Shown here: positions 47,101 through 54,890 of the stretch, one piece after another | Numbering within the stretch: position 1 is the stretch's first letter | Layout of the letters: every line of letters begins with the position of its first letter | Origin: Thermoplasmata archaeon | GTDB lineage: Archaea; Thermoplasmatota; Thermoplasmata; Lutacidiplasmatales; UBA184 | Reading direction: 5' to 3' | DNA length: 64,000 nt | Assembly (NCBI GenBank): GCA_021844945.1 | Contig: JAKBSJ010000002.1 | Span: 230,965-294,964, forward strand | Position numbers and translations under genes: made by a program | The notes under the pieces: model-generated | The model's database searches: none | Seen by the model: only the letters and a program-made list of their open reading frames with translations | Told to the model about the DNA's origin: nothing

Positions 47101-47299
47101 GTCCCGTGTTCTCCACCGGGTCGCCCGGGCGCACGCCCGTAGTGTCCTCGTACACTTGGACGGTGGCGGTCTTCTCGATCAGCCGGATGATCTCTCCGAC
47201 CAGCCCCTGGGAGCCGACGCGAACGACATCGAACATCTTCGCGTTCTCGAGGCCCTCGGCGATGACGACCGGACCGGACACCCTGGCCACCACTCCCAT
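44171..47299 (-). CDS. atpA: A-type ATP synthase catalytic subunit A, interrupted by an intein (586-aa mature extein + 456-aa intein)
   Basis: The Walker A motif GPFGSGK|C.....HN|TVTQQQLA is split. The exteins carry the canonical GERGNEM and [10 protein letters not shown] blocks. Confidence 0.95.
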   Translation of the reverse strand: MGVVARVSGPVVIAEGLENAKMFDVVRVGSQGLVGEIIRLIEKTATVQVYEDTTGVRPGDPVENTGQALSVELGPGLLKSIYDGVQRPLDVLQKSLGDFITRGFVAPPLDETKKWDFTATAHVGDHVSPGTVLGTVQETPLILHKIMVPPGVEGTIESLKGGSFTIREQIGSLATDHGKVPLYLSQKWVVRIPRPVSQKLPPSIPLVTGQRVIDSFFPVAKGGSACIPGPFGSGKCVAGETPVVLGSGEVLTMEELYERSKADGEVSLDGSDEWIRPKEPLPLYSWVGDRLVPSESRTFYKGKSDLLVRIRTRSGRTVRVTPIHRLFTFRPNGELRETAASELAPGDYVASVHRIPGPSRDRRLDLRPPRSLRAGTILRAPNMMTRELAEFLGYFVAEGWPRGEEAIAFSSSDPALLERFLSLGRELFGLEGYIERPKDRAPSAVLRSAELVDVLHQLGTGGSTAEPRIPPSVLGSSNRVLASFLLGYYLGSGAARAGEVEFRAASARLRTELTYVLARFGILSTLGPRTIDGTESYRLSIPGPVSLRRLGEVLVSSAPRAASIRDRIPFGRARDAGVDGAPLASPQIEREHRLPSSPLRSGGQIYHGTDREGRWDARTFTTPAYPGEDRSTWRESELGADRLRRLRDDLFYDEVVETAVERAGPYDVYDVSVPGYGSNFVGGVGGMLLHNTVTQQQLARWADSDVVVYVGCGERGNEMTEVLATFPNLIDPKTKRPLMERTILIANTSNMPVAAREASVYTGITIAEYYRDMGYDVALMADSTSRWAEAMREISGRLEEMPGEEGYPAYLGRRIAEFYERAGRVVTLSPDRRTGSVTVVGAVSPPGGDFSEPVSQNTLRVTRVFWALDAALASRRHFPSINWLQSYSLYIGDLEPWYRSELSPEFVTLRQRALEVLQKESELQEIVQLVGVDALPEREKGTLDVARMIREDYLQQSAFDDVDTYTSIKKQFRMLRAILSFGDQEQQAIGKGATVAQLQALPVRTKLSRMKWIPEADAPAQFDALETEMTQAIGQVAAAGGA
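45227..46594 (-). mobile_element. VMA-type intein with LAGLIDADG homing-endonuclease domain inside atpA (aa 236..691)
   Basis: It begins with Cys1 ([10 protein letters not shown]). Block B is [11 protein letters not shown] motifs are [13 protein letters not shown] and [14 protein letters not shown]. The C-terminus is [19 protein letters not shown] followed by Thr+1. The length is 1368 nt, exactly 456 codons. Confidence 0.9.
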
Positions 47300-47320
47300 C
47301 GTTGTTCTCCTTGCGTTAGC

Positions 47321-47662
47321 TCAATGAGGAACGGAGAGCGAGATACCGAGCACTCGCTTCGCGAGCGACTCGATCCCTTCCGTCTCGGCCCCCGGTGCGC
47401 CCGGGGTCGGTACGAAGACGACGAGCGGGTGGAGCGACGCGTCCGCGTGCGCGCGTTGGCTTTCCGTCAATCGGGACCGAATCGTCTGGCTCGCGACGAC
47501 CAGGCTGTATTCGTCGCTCGCGATCAAGCGGAAGAACTCCTTCATCGAGTTCTCGGCGGTGACCTCGAAGACATCCTGGATACCGATCAAACGGAATCCG
47601 ATGGCCAGCTCGCGCTCGCCCACGACCGCAGTACGGCCTGTCCGTACGCTCGACTCCGGCAC
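47321..47662 (-). CDS. atpF: A-type ATP synthase subunit F
   Basis: 113 aa. AIGFRLIGIQDVFEV....FFRLIASDEYSLVVASQTI is typical of subunit F. Confidence 0.85.
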   Translation of the reverse strand: MPESSVRTGRTAVVGERELAIGFRLIGIQDVFEVTAENSMKEFFRLIASDEYSLVVASQTIRSRLTESQRAHADASLHPLVVFVPTPGAPGAETEGIESLAKRVLGISLSVPH

Positions 47663-47685
47663 GGCGGCGTCGGCGGGGAACGGGC

Positions 47686-47694
47686 CTATTTAAC
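47686..47694 (-). promoter_or_regulatory. TATA box of the atpF-A-B-D-H-I unit (GCGTTAAATAGGC core), probably leaderless
   Basis: GTTAAATAG (minus sense) lies 25-32 nt upstream of the atpF ATG at 47662. Confidence 0.6.
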
Positions 47695-47705
47695 GCCATC
47701 AGGAC

Positions 47706-47722
47706 GGACGAAAAAAACGTCC
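47706..47722 (-). terminator. hairpin GGACG-T7-CGTCC / oligo-T terminator after the ferredoxin gene
   Basis: On the plus strand this reads ggacgAAAAAAAcgtcc, which gives a T7 run on the minus strand about 40 nt past the ferredoxin stop. Confidence 0.55.
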
Positions 47723-47756
47723 CCGGAAAGCGGCCGGGCGGGCGCTTCCCAGCCCC

Positions 47757-48035
47757 CTACTTGTACGTCGAGTGGTGGATGTGCCCTTCGTCGTCCGTGA
47801 TGTCGATGCACTCTCCTTCGCACTCGAAGAGGCACGCTTCGCAGACGATGCATTCCGGGCCGTTCACCGCGACCGACTTCTCTCCGCGGAACTGGAACTT
47901 CGCCCCGACGGTGGCGTCGTCGACCACGTTCGGGAACTGGTCGCGAGGCTTGAGCTCGAAGACATTCACCGGGCACACGTCACGACAGTGGGCGCAACCG
48001 GTGCACTTCTCAATTACAATGTCGACTTGGACCAT
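47757..48035 (-). CDS. 2x[4Fe-4S] ferredoxin
   Basis: The clusters are CTGCAHCRDVCP and CIVCEACLFECEGEC. The start is at the internal ATG (MVQVDIV). A TATA-like TAAATAT is at 48071..48078 (minus sense). Confidence 0.8.
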   Translation of the reverse strand: MVQVDIVIEKCTGCAHCRDVCPVNVFELKPRDQFPNVVDDATVGAKFQFRGEKSVAVNGPECIVCEACLFECEGECIDITDDEGHIHHSTYK

Positions 48036-48207
48036 CTCGCCCGTCTCCGGCCGCGCCACCACAGGACGCGATATTTACGGTTTCGGGCGCCCGGGAGGCC
48101 CCGCATCGCCTGCGGGGAACCGGTCCGGGGCCTTGGGGCGGGCGCGGCCGGACCGCCCTCGTACAACTACCTCCTTAACGGACGAGAGCGTACCGAATAG
48201 GCCGTCG

Positions 48208-48972
48208 ATGGCCGACATCCTGTTGGGGACGAGCGGGTGGGACTACCCCGAGTGGGTCGGGCCGGTCTACCCGAAACGGGGGGCCGAGGACAAACTCCGT
48301 TACTACGCCGGCCGGTTCCCGATCGTCGAGGTCAACTCGACCTTCTACCACCTCCCTTCCGTCGCGGTAGCCGCCTCCTGGGTCCGTCGCACTCCTTCCC
48401 GCTTCCGTTTCGCCGCGAAGTTTCCGCAATCGATCACCCACGAGCGGGAGCTGGTCGGGGCCGAGGAGGAACTGCGCCAGTTCCTCGCCGTTCTGAGGCC
48501 GTTGCGCGAGGCCGGAAAGTTCGCCGCCGCGCTCCTTCAGCTTCCCCCGTCGCTCAAGTTCGTCCCGGGCACCGTGCGTTCCTTCTACGAGAGCCTGCCT
48601 GCCGATCTACCGGTCGCCGTCGAGTTCCGCGAGCCGTCGTGGCTCGCGCCGGAATCGTTCGATCTCTTGCGCGAGTTCCACCTTGCCTACGTGATCGTTG
48701 ATGAGCCCCACCTCCCCCTCCAACTCGAGACGACCGCTCCGTTCGCCTACGTGCGCTGGCACGGCCACGGGTCGAACGTGTGGTACGACTACACCTACTC
48801 CGCCGACGAGCTCGCGGCGTGGGTCCCCCGCGTGCGAGAGGTTGCCGAAAAGGTCCCGACCGTCTACGGGTTCTTCAACAACCATTTCCGGGGCGACGCC
48901 GCCGCGAACTGCGCCTCCCTCACCGAGCTCCTCGGCCTGTCGCCCCCGTCGTGGCGTTCGCGCCTCGACTGA
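48208..48972 (+). CDS. DUF72 (UPF0759) family protein
   Basis: It has LLGTSGWDYPEWVGPVYP, YYAGRFPIVEVNSTFYHLP and RFAAKFPQSITHE. Confidence 0.8.
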   Translation: MADILLGTSGWDYPEWVGPVYPKRGAEDKLRYYAGRFPIVEVNSTFYHLPSVAVAASWVRRTPSRFRFAAKFPQSITHERELVGAEEELRQFLAVLRPLREAGKFAAALLQLPPSLKFVPGTVRSFYESLPADLPVAVEFREPSWLAPESFDLLREFHLAYVIVDEPHLPLQLETTAPFAYVRWHGHGSNVWYDYTYSADELAAWVPRVREVAEKVPTVYGFFNNHFRGDAAANCASLTELLGLSPPSWRSRLD

Positions 48973-49084
48973 TCGCGCCTCCCGTCTCCGCGCGCCGGTC
49001 GGCGAAGCCGGAACGCTGTCCCCTGGGCGTTTCACGTACCCTCGTCCCGTCGCTTTAGAAGCGAGTTGACGTGAAACCGTCGCC

Positions 49085-49957
49085 ATGAGCGCGATCCCAT
49101 TGGCCTCCCCGCTTCCGAGCTTCGTGCCTTCGGCGGACGAGTTTGTCGAGGAGCCGGTGCAAAGCGAAGCGATCCCGAGGCTCCCGAGCGCTCGCTCCCG
49201 TACGCCCGTCGCCCCCACGAGCGCGCACGTTCGACCACGGCTTCCGGAATCCCCGGGGATCCTCGCATGGCTCGCCCGTCGCTTCCAACCCGGCGAAGCG
49301 ACGATCTGGCTCGGCCCCTCTTCGGCCGTCACCCCCCTCCTCGAGCTCACCTACGCGGGTAGCGCGTCGGTCGAGGGGGAGATCTCCCTGATCGAGGGTG
49401 CGAACCGCTTCCATCCGTTCCGCATCGGCGAGCTCGGCCGCGACTTTGGGGTCCCTCCCGAGGAGGTCCTCCGGCGGATTCGGCTCGCTCGGGCGTTCAC
49501 CGCGTACCAGCTCGTCGCCCTCGTGGATGGTTGGTCGATCGAAGCCCGACGGCGCCGTCCCACGCTCCTCGTTGCCCACGAGCTCCCCACCCTGTTCGAG
49601 ACCGCGGAGATACGGTCCGAGGAGCGCGACGCGCTGTTGCGGCACGTCGCCCGGACGCTGCGAACGGTCATCGATCGCGCTCCCTACCCGTTGCTGGTCG
49701 CGCTGGAGGGCGGCTTCGATCGTTTTCCGGGCCTTCTCGAGACCGGGCCACGGTTCGCCGACCTCATCACGTTCCGCCGTCACCCGCGGGGCCTCGCGTT
49801 GCGCGCGTACCGCGACGACGCGCGGGTCCGCCTCGTCCGGCGACGGGACGGTCAGCGCGGGATGGAGGAGTTCGCCGACGACCGCACCGAAGAACCGGAG
49901 GTGATCCCTTGGGCCGCACCGCACCCACCTACCGTCAGGCACTGGACGAGCGGCTGA
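49085..49957 (+). CDS. RecA/RadA/KaiC-fold-like protein lacking Walker A lysine (putative inactivated ATPase)
   Basis: GEATIWLGPSSAVTPLLEL sits where G-x4-GK[ST] would be expected. ISLIEGANRFHPFRIGELGRDFGVPPEEVLRRIRLARAFTAYQLVALV resembles the RadA/RadB core. PTLLVAHELPTLF stands in for Walker B. The fold call is pattern recognition only. Confidence 0.45.
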   Translation: MSAIPLASPLPSFVPSADEFVEEPVQSEAIPRLPSARSRTPVAPTSAHVRPRLPESPGILAWLARRFQPGEATIWLGPSSAVTPLLELTYAGSASVEGEISLIEGANRFHPFRIGELGRDFGVPPEEVLRRIRLARAFTAYQLVALVDGWSIEARRRRPTLLVAHELPTLFETAEIRSEERDALLRHVARTLRTVIDRAPYPLLVALEGGFDRFPGLLETGPRFADLITFRRHPRGLALRAYRDDARVRLVRRRDGQRGMEEFADDRTEEPEVIPWAAPHPPTVRHWTSG

Positions 49958-50154
49958 AGCGCTGGGAGGCGTTCGAGCGTCTCCTGACGACCCCGGAAGA
50001 GCGGGAGGCGTTCGGCCTTCTTCGGTCCGGAGCGCGACGCTACGTCGCCCAAGCGACCCAGGTCGGGAGCCCGGATCTATTGGAGTCGATCCTGCTCTCC
50101 GTCCTGCTCGACATCGCCCAGCGCCTTCCTCCCCGCGACGCCAACGCGGAGTAG
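49909..50154 (+). CDS. small helical protein (start uncertain, TTG 49909 proposed)
   Basis: It is the C-terminal part of ORF 49531..50154: YRQALDERLKRWEAFERLLTTPEEREAFGLLRSGARRYVAQA..LLESILLSVLLDIAQRL. It ends 14 nt before the polymerase ATG. Confidence 0.3.
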   Translation: MGRTAPTYRQALDERLKRWEAFERLLTTPEEREAFGLLRSGARRYVAQATQVGSPDLLESILLSVLLDIAQRLPPRDANAE

Positions 50155-50168
50155 GGCGCCCCGGCGCG

Positions 50169-52457
50169 ATGTCCGCAGAGGGCTGGTTGCTCGACATCAC
50201 CGACGCGAGCGACGGGCGATCCGTCCTATTGTGGACGAAGGAACGTAGGAGCGGATCGGTGCGTCCGGAGGCGGTCGCGTTCCGGCCGCCGTTCTACGTC
50301 GCCGCGCCGCGCGCGGAGCGCCGTGGGCTCGCACGCGACCTGCGCAACGACCCGCTCGTCGACGAGGTCATCGAGCGGACGGAGCGCCCCTCGCTCTTCG
50401 ACGCCCGGCCGGTCACGCTGCTCGCGGTCCGTCCCCGATCGAACCGGTCCCGTCGGGCCCTCGCGGAACGGATCGATCGCCGCGGGAACTTCCACCGCTA
50501 CACGCTCTACGATGTCGATCTCACAGCGCCCCAGCTCTGCTATCTCACGAACGATCTCTACCCCTTCGCCCCGATCGTCCGGAGGGACGGCGTTTGGGCC
50601 GCGACCGAGCCGGCGGAGACCGTCGACTACGAGCTCCCCCCGCTCCGTCTCGCGCGACTCGAGGTCCGATGGACGGGAGGCACGCGCCGGCCGGGTCCCG
50701 GGGATCGGATCGCGGAGATCTGTCTCGGCCCCGATCGTCTCGAGGGGCCGGAGGAGGAGCTCCTGCGGATCCTTCCCTCCGCGATCGCCCAGCGGGATCC
50801 CGACGTCGTGCTCACCGACGGGGGGGACGCGCTCGACCTTCCGTGGCTGTACGAGGGAGCGGCCCGCTGCGGTCTCACCGACGCGGAGTTCGTTCTCGGG
50901 CGCGCCCCGTCCCGATGGACCCCTTCACGGGGCGCCCGGTCGTACATGAGCTACGGCCGGATCCTCCACTCCGCGGCCGCGTTCAACCTCCCCGGCCGTT
51001 TCCATATCGACCGGGAGAACTCCTTTCTCTTCGAAGACACCGAGCTGCCCGGCCTCATCGACGCCGCCCGTCTCTCCCGCCTGAGCCTCCAGTCGGTCGT
51101 GCGGCAATCTCCCGGGACGAGCTTCAGTGCGATGGAGATCGCCGAAGCGATCCGTTCCGGTGTCCGAGTCCCTTGGAAGAAGAACCGGCCCGAGCGTTTT
51201 CGGCCGGCCGATCACCTGGTTGCGGCGGACCGAGGCGGTACGATCCTGCGGCCACCCATCGGCGTTCACGACCACCTGGACGAGTTCGATTTCGCGAGTC
51301 TCTTCCCCCAGATCATGGTCCGGCACAACCTCTCTGCGGAGACGCTCGACTGCCGGTGCTGCCCCCGAAGCCCGCACGTCGCTCCCGGGCTCGGCTACCG
51401 CTCCTGCACGAAGCGTGTCGGCCTCCTACCGCGGACGCTGCTCCCGCTGCTCCGGCGTCGGACCGCGCTCAAGGCGGCCATGCGGGCGAGCCCTCTCGGC
51501 TCGGCGGAGCGTCGCCGGCTCCACGGCCGCGTGAAGATGCTCAAGTGGATTCTCGTGACGGCGTTCGGCTACCAAGGCTACCGCAACGCGCGCTTCGGGC
51601 GGATCGAGTGCCACGAGGCGATCAACGCCTACGCGCGCGAGCTGTTCGCCGACATGGTCCGCGAGGCGGAGCGGGCCGGCTACCGCTTCGTCCACGGGAT
51701 CGTCGACTCGATGTGGCTCGCCCCGGGTCCGGGGTGCGTCCCTACGGAGGAGTTCGCTCGGGCGATCGGCCAGCGCTACCGTCTCCCGCTCGGCTACGAG
51801 GGTCGGTACCGATGGATCGTCTTCCTGCCGACCGTCTCCGATGGATTCGGCGTGCCGAACCGTTACTACGGGATCTACGAAACGGGCGAGTTCAAGCTCC
51901 GCGGGATCGGCGGACGCCGACACGACACGACCGGGGTCGCCCGGCGCCTCGAAGGGGAGATCCTCCAGCTCCTCGCCCCGGCGCGGGACGCTGCCGAGTT
52001 CCGCCGTCTCCTCCCTCGTGCCCTCGCCCGGGCCGACCGGTTCGCCGAGCGTCTTCGGGCAGGGGACTGGCCGTGGACCGAACTGGTCATCACCCGGCGC
52101 ACGACCGCCGCGGTCGACGATTACGCGGTCTTCACCGATACCGTCAGCGCCCTGTACCAGTCCCGGGCGATCGGCCGGTCCCTGGCGCCGGGGGAGAAGG
52201 CGCGTTACGTCGTCCTCGACCGCCGCTCCCGTTCCTGGCGGAATCGGGTCCGCCTCGCCGCAACCATGCAGGGCGACGAGCGGTACGACGTCGACGCCTA
52301 CCTCGATCTGCTCGCGCGGGAGGTCGAGACCCTCCTCGCTCCGTTCGGCGTCACCCGCGCGGATCTGCTCGCTCGTTGGGGAGCCCGCGCCACCCCACCG
52401 CGGGACCGGTATGCCTCTCCGAGCCGTCCGCACCAGCTGCGGCTGGCTCCAGGCTAG
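50169..52457 (+). CDS. family B DNA polymerase, divergent PolB2-like (Exo I lost, motif C altered)
   Basis: Motif A DFASLFPQI is present. Motif B is degenerate (KWILVTAFGYQGY against K...NS.YG). Motif C is HGIVDS against YGDTDS. Exo I is LARLEVR against FDIET. Exo II-like is GGDALDLPWLY. Confidence 0.8.
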   Translation: MSAEGWLLDITDASDGRSVLLWTKERRSGSVRPEAVAFRPPFYVAAPRAERRGLARDLRNDPLVDEVIERTERPSLFDARPVTLLAVRPRSNRSRRALAERIDRRGNFHRYTLYDVDLTAPQLCYLTNDLYPFAPIVRRDGVWAATEPAETVDYELPPLRLARLEVRWTGGTRRPGPGDRIAEICLGPDRLEGPEEELLRILPSAIAQRDPDVVLTDGGDALDLPWLYEGAARCGLTDAEFVLGRAPSRWTPSRGARSYMSYGRILHSAAAFNLPGRFHIDRENSFLFEDTELPGLIDAARLSRLSLQSVVRQSPGTSFSAMEIAEAIRSGVRVPWKKNRPERFRPADHLVAADRGGTILRPPIGVHDHLDEFDFASLFPQIMVRHNLSAETLDCRCCPRSPHVAPGLGYRSCTKRVGLLPRTLLPLLRRRTALKAAMRASPLGSAERRRLHGRVKMLKWILVTAFGYQGYRNARFGRIECHEAINAYARELFADMVREAERAGYRFVHGIVDSMWLAPGPGCVPTEEFARAIGQRYRLPLGYEGRYRWIVFLPTVSDGFGVPNRYYGIYETGEFKLRGIGGRRHDTTGVARRLEGEILQLLAPARDAAEFRRLLPRALARADRFAERLRAGDWPWTELVITRRTTAAVDDYAVFTDTVSALYQSRAIGRSLAPGEKARYVVLDRRSRSWRNRVRLAATMQGDERYDVDAYLDLLAREVETLLAPFGVTRADLLARWGARATPPRDRYASPSRPHQLRLAPG

Positions 52458-52587
52458 AGGTTTTCGTCTCGACCCCGCTCGTCGGGGCGTGCCCCGCTCG
52501 GTCCGTCGCGCGAAACCCAAGACCCGAACGCGAACGCCTCCCCGGTCCCGTGCGAGCGCGGTCCACGGCGAAGAGGATCTCGCGCCG

Positions 52588-53937
52588 ATGATCCGGGCCC
52601 TCAGCGACCCGGACCCGCGGGTCCGACGGACGGTCGCGAAGGTCCTGGGGGACCGGGGCGACCCGCGGGCGGCCAGCGCCCTCGTCCCCTCGCTCGTCGA
52701 CCCGGAGCCGGCGGTCCGCGCGAGCGCCGCGAAGGCGCTCGGCCAGATCGGGCGGTCCGAGAGTCACGGGGCGATCGAGAGGGCGTTGGACGATCCGGAT
52801 CCGCGGGTCCGCGAGATGGCGGCATGGGCGCTAGGGCGCATCGGGGACCCGGGCTCGCTGGACCCGTTGATTCGGCGCATGACCGACCCCTCCTCCGAGG
52901 TCCGCTCGACGGCGGCCGGTGGGCTTGGACGTATGCGGAGCCCCGCTGCCACGCGCGCCCTCCTGCTCGCGCTGAGCGACCCCAGTGAGCGTGTCCGACG
53001 CGGGGCCGTGATCGCGTTGGGCGAGTCGGAGGATCCCGCCGTGTCGGACCGCCTCCGACCGATGTTCGCCGACGAAGCGCGTACCGTGCGCAACGCGATC
53101 GCCATCGTGATGGGGCGTCGTCGGGATCGGCCGAGCGTTTCCGTCCTGCTCGAACGCGCCGAAGGAGCCGATCCGGCGGAGCGCCCGGCCGCCCTCGTCG
53201 CGCTCGGACGGATCGGCGATCGCCGCGCCGAAGTGACGCTCGTGCGCGCCGCCGAGGACCCGTCCCGCTCCGTGCGCGTCTGCGCCTTGCACGCCTTGGG
53301 AGAGATGCGCGGGACCCGCGCCCGCGCGGTCGCGCTCGAGCACGTATCCGACCCCGAGCACGCGGTCCGAGGGGCCGCAGCGATCTGCCTGGGTGAGGTC
53401 GGCACCCCGACGGACCTGCCCGTGCTGTTCCGCCTTGTCGAGGACCCGCACCCGTGGCCGCGCAGCGCGGCGATCTATGCAATCGGTCGGCTCGGCCTCA
53501 TCGAGGCGATCCCTCGGGTCCGAGAGGAGCTCTTCCACGCGGCTCCCGAGGTCCGCCTGGCCGCGATCTGGACGCTCGGGCGCTTGCGGGACGATGCGTC
53601 GCGCGCGAACCTCGTTCGCTTGCTCGATCCCAACCTGGCCCGCCCCGACCTCCATGTCCCGGACGCCGAGGGAAACGCGGCGGTCGCGAGGGCGGCGGAC
53701 GCGGAGGACCGGATCTTCGACACCGTGGTGCAGGCATTGGGGCGGCTCCGTCATCCCGAGGAGGATCCGTTCGTGGAGGAGGCGCTCTGGGACGCGAGGG
53801 CGCGCTTCTCCGAGGAAGAGCTCGATCGCGTCGCCCGGCTCCCGCGCGCCGAGGTCGAGGGGATCTCGCGCCCTCCGACGTTACGGGACCTTTTCGAGCT
53901 CGCCCTACCCGACGGATCCGGCACCGAGGGTGGATGA
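52588..53937 (+). CDS. HEAT-repeat (PBS-lyase HEAT-like) protein, about 11 repeats
   Basis: The recurring unit is DP.p.VR..AA.ALG.iGd, for example DPRVRRTVAKVLGDRGD, EPAVRASAAKALGQIG, DPRVREMAAWALGRIGD, SRSVRVCALHALGEM and APEVRLAAIWTLGRL. ATG at 52588. Confidence 0.8.
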   Translation: MIRALSDPDPRVRRTVAKVLGDRGDPRAASALVPSLVDPEPAVRASAAKALGQIGRSESHGAIERALDDPDPRVREMAAWALGRIGDPGSLDPLIRRMTDPSSEVRSTAAGGLGRMRSPAATRALLLALSDPSERVRRGAVIALGESEDPAVSDRLRPMFADEARTVRNAIAIVMGRRRDRPSVSVLLERAEGADPAERPAALVALGRIGDRRAEVTLVRAAEDPSRSVRVCALHALGEMRGTRARAVALEHVSDPEHAVRGAAAICLGEVGTPTDLPVLFRLVEDPHPWPRSAAIYAIGRLGLIEAIPRVREELFHAAPEVRLAAIWTLGRLRDDASRANLVRLLDPNLARPDLHVPDAEGNAAVARAADAEDRIFDTVVQALGRLRHPEEDPFVEEALWDARARFSEEELDRVARLPRAEVEGISRPPTLRDLFELALPDGSGTEGG

Positions 53938-54890
53938 TCCGGGAGTTCCGGCCGTCCGAATCCGCCCGTCTCTTCGAGCTGCTGAAGGAGAACTTTCCCG
54001 AGGAAGAGGCACTCTATGGGAGCCGCCCGGGCGCGTGGAATCGGGTCGTCCGCCGAATCTATCGTTGGGACGTTCGGGTCCTGGTCGGACTGATGCGAGC
54101 CCTGGGACGACCGATCTTCCGCTTCTTCACCGTGGAGATGGACGGACGGATCGTCGCGACCACGATCGTCTCGTTCACCCCGCGGGCGGGCTACATCAGC
54201 ATGGTGATGGTCGACAAGCCGTTTCGCGGGAGGGGGTACGCGCGCGCGCTGATGGAACGCGCCCGGGAGGCCGCCGAACGGGCGCATCGACGTTACGTGG
54301 CGCTCGACGTTCTCGCCGACAACGCTCCCGCGATCGCGCTCTACCGCTCGCTCGGCTACGAAGACCTGCGCGAGGTCGGGCTGTTCTCGCGCCCCCTCGC
54401 CCCCGTGGTCCCGGTCGACGCAACTCCCGTGCTCCCTCTTCCTCCGGGTCTGCGCCCCTACCGGTCGAGCGATCGCGAGGCGCTGGTCGCGATCGCGTCC
54501 CGTGCGATACCGGCGACCGTCGCCGAGGTGCTGCCGCTGAACCGTCGGGCCCTGGACAGCTCGTACTCGTTGGATAGGATACTTTCGAGCGAGAGCGGGA
54601 GCTGGGTCCTCGAACAGGATGGCGCTCCCGTCGCGTGGTCCTCGGTCACGGTCTCCGACGCGATGGAGGCGGCGGGCCTATCGTCTCCGATCGTCGGCGA
54701 ATCGGCCGATCCCGCGCAGGTCGATGCGCTGCTTCGTACCGGCGTGGAGTGGTGCGCCCGTCGGGGAGCGGCACGGATCGTCTGCCAGACACCGCTCGAG
54801 CACCGACGCTCGGTCGCGGCGTTGGAGCGCGCCGGATTCTCGATCGCGCACCGGCTGCGCACCCTGTACCGTTCGGCGGCGCATGCCTAG
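53934..54890 (+). CDS. tandem GNAT-domain acetyltransferase
   Basis: The first domain has MVMVDKPFRGRGYARALMERA...ALYRSLGYE. A second GNAT-like half ends in ALERAGFSI. There is an ATGA overlap with the HEAT gene. Confidence 0.75.
   Translation: MIREFRPSESARLFELLKENFPEEEALYGSRPGAWNRVVRRIYRWDVRVLVGLMRALGRPIFRFFTVEMDGRIVATTIVSFTPRAGYISMVMVDKPFRGRGYARALMERAREAAERAHRRYVALDVLADNAPAIALYRSLGYEDLREVGLFSRPLAPVVPVDATPVLPLPPGLRPYRSSDREALVAIASRAIPATVAEVLPLNRRALDSSYSLDRILSSESGSWVLEQDGAPVAWSSVTVSDAMEAAGLSSPIVGESADPAQVDALLRTGVEWCARRGAARIVCQTPLEHRRSVAALERAGFSIAHRLRTLYRSAAHA

Noticed and set aside
45932-47800. 622-aa plus-strand ORF antisense to atpA
   Set aside because: It is a shadow ORF of the intein-containing atpA. 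The same applies to 45142..46080, 45957..46481 and the other nested ORFs there.
52588-53937. HEAT-repeat protein as a deoxyhypusine-hydroxylase-like enzyme, which would link the operon to aIF5A modification together with the EarP-like gene
   Set aside because: DOHH has conserved His-Glu metal-binding pairs in its HEAT hairpins. None of the repeats here has an H-E pair (they read VR..AA.ALG). The EarP catalytic residues also do not appear conserved in the third gene.
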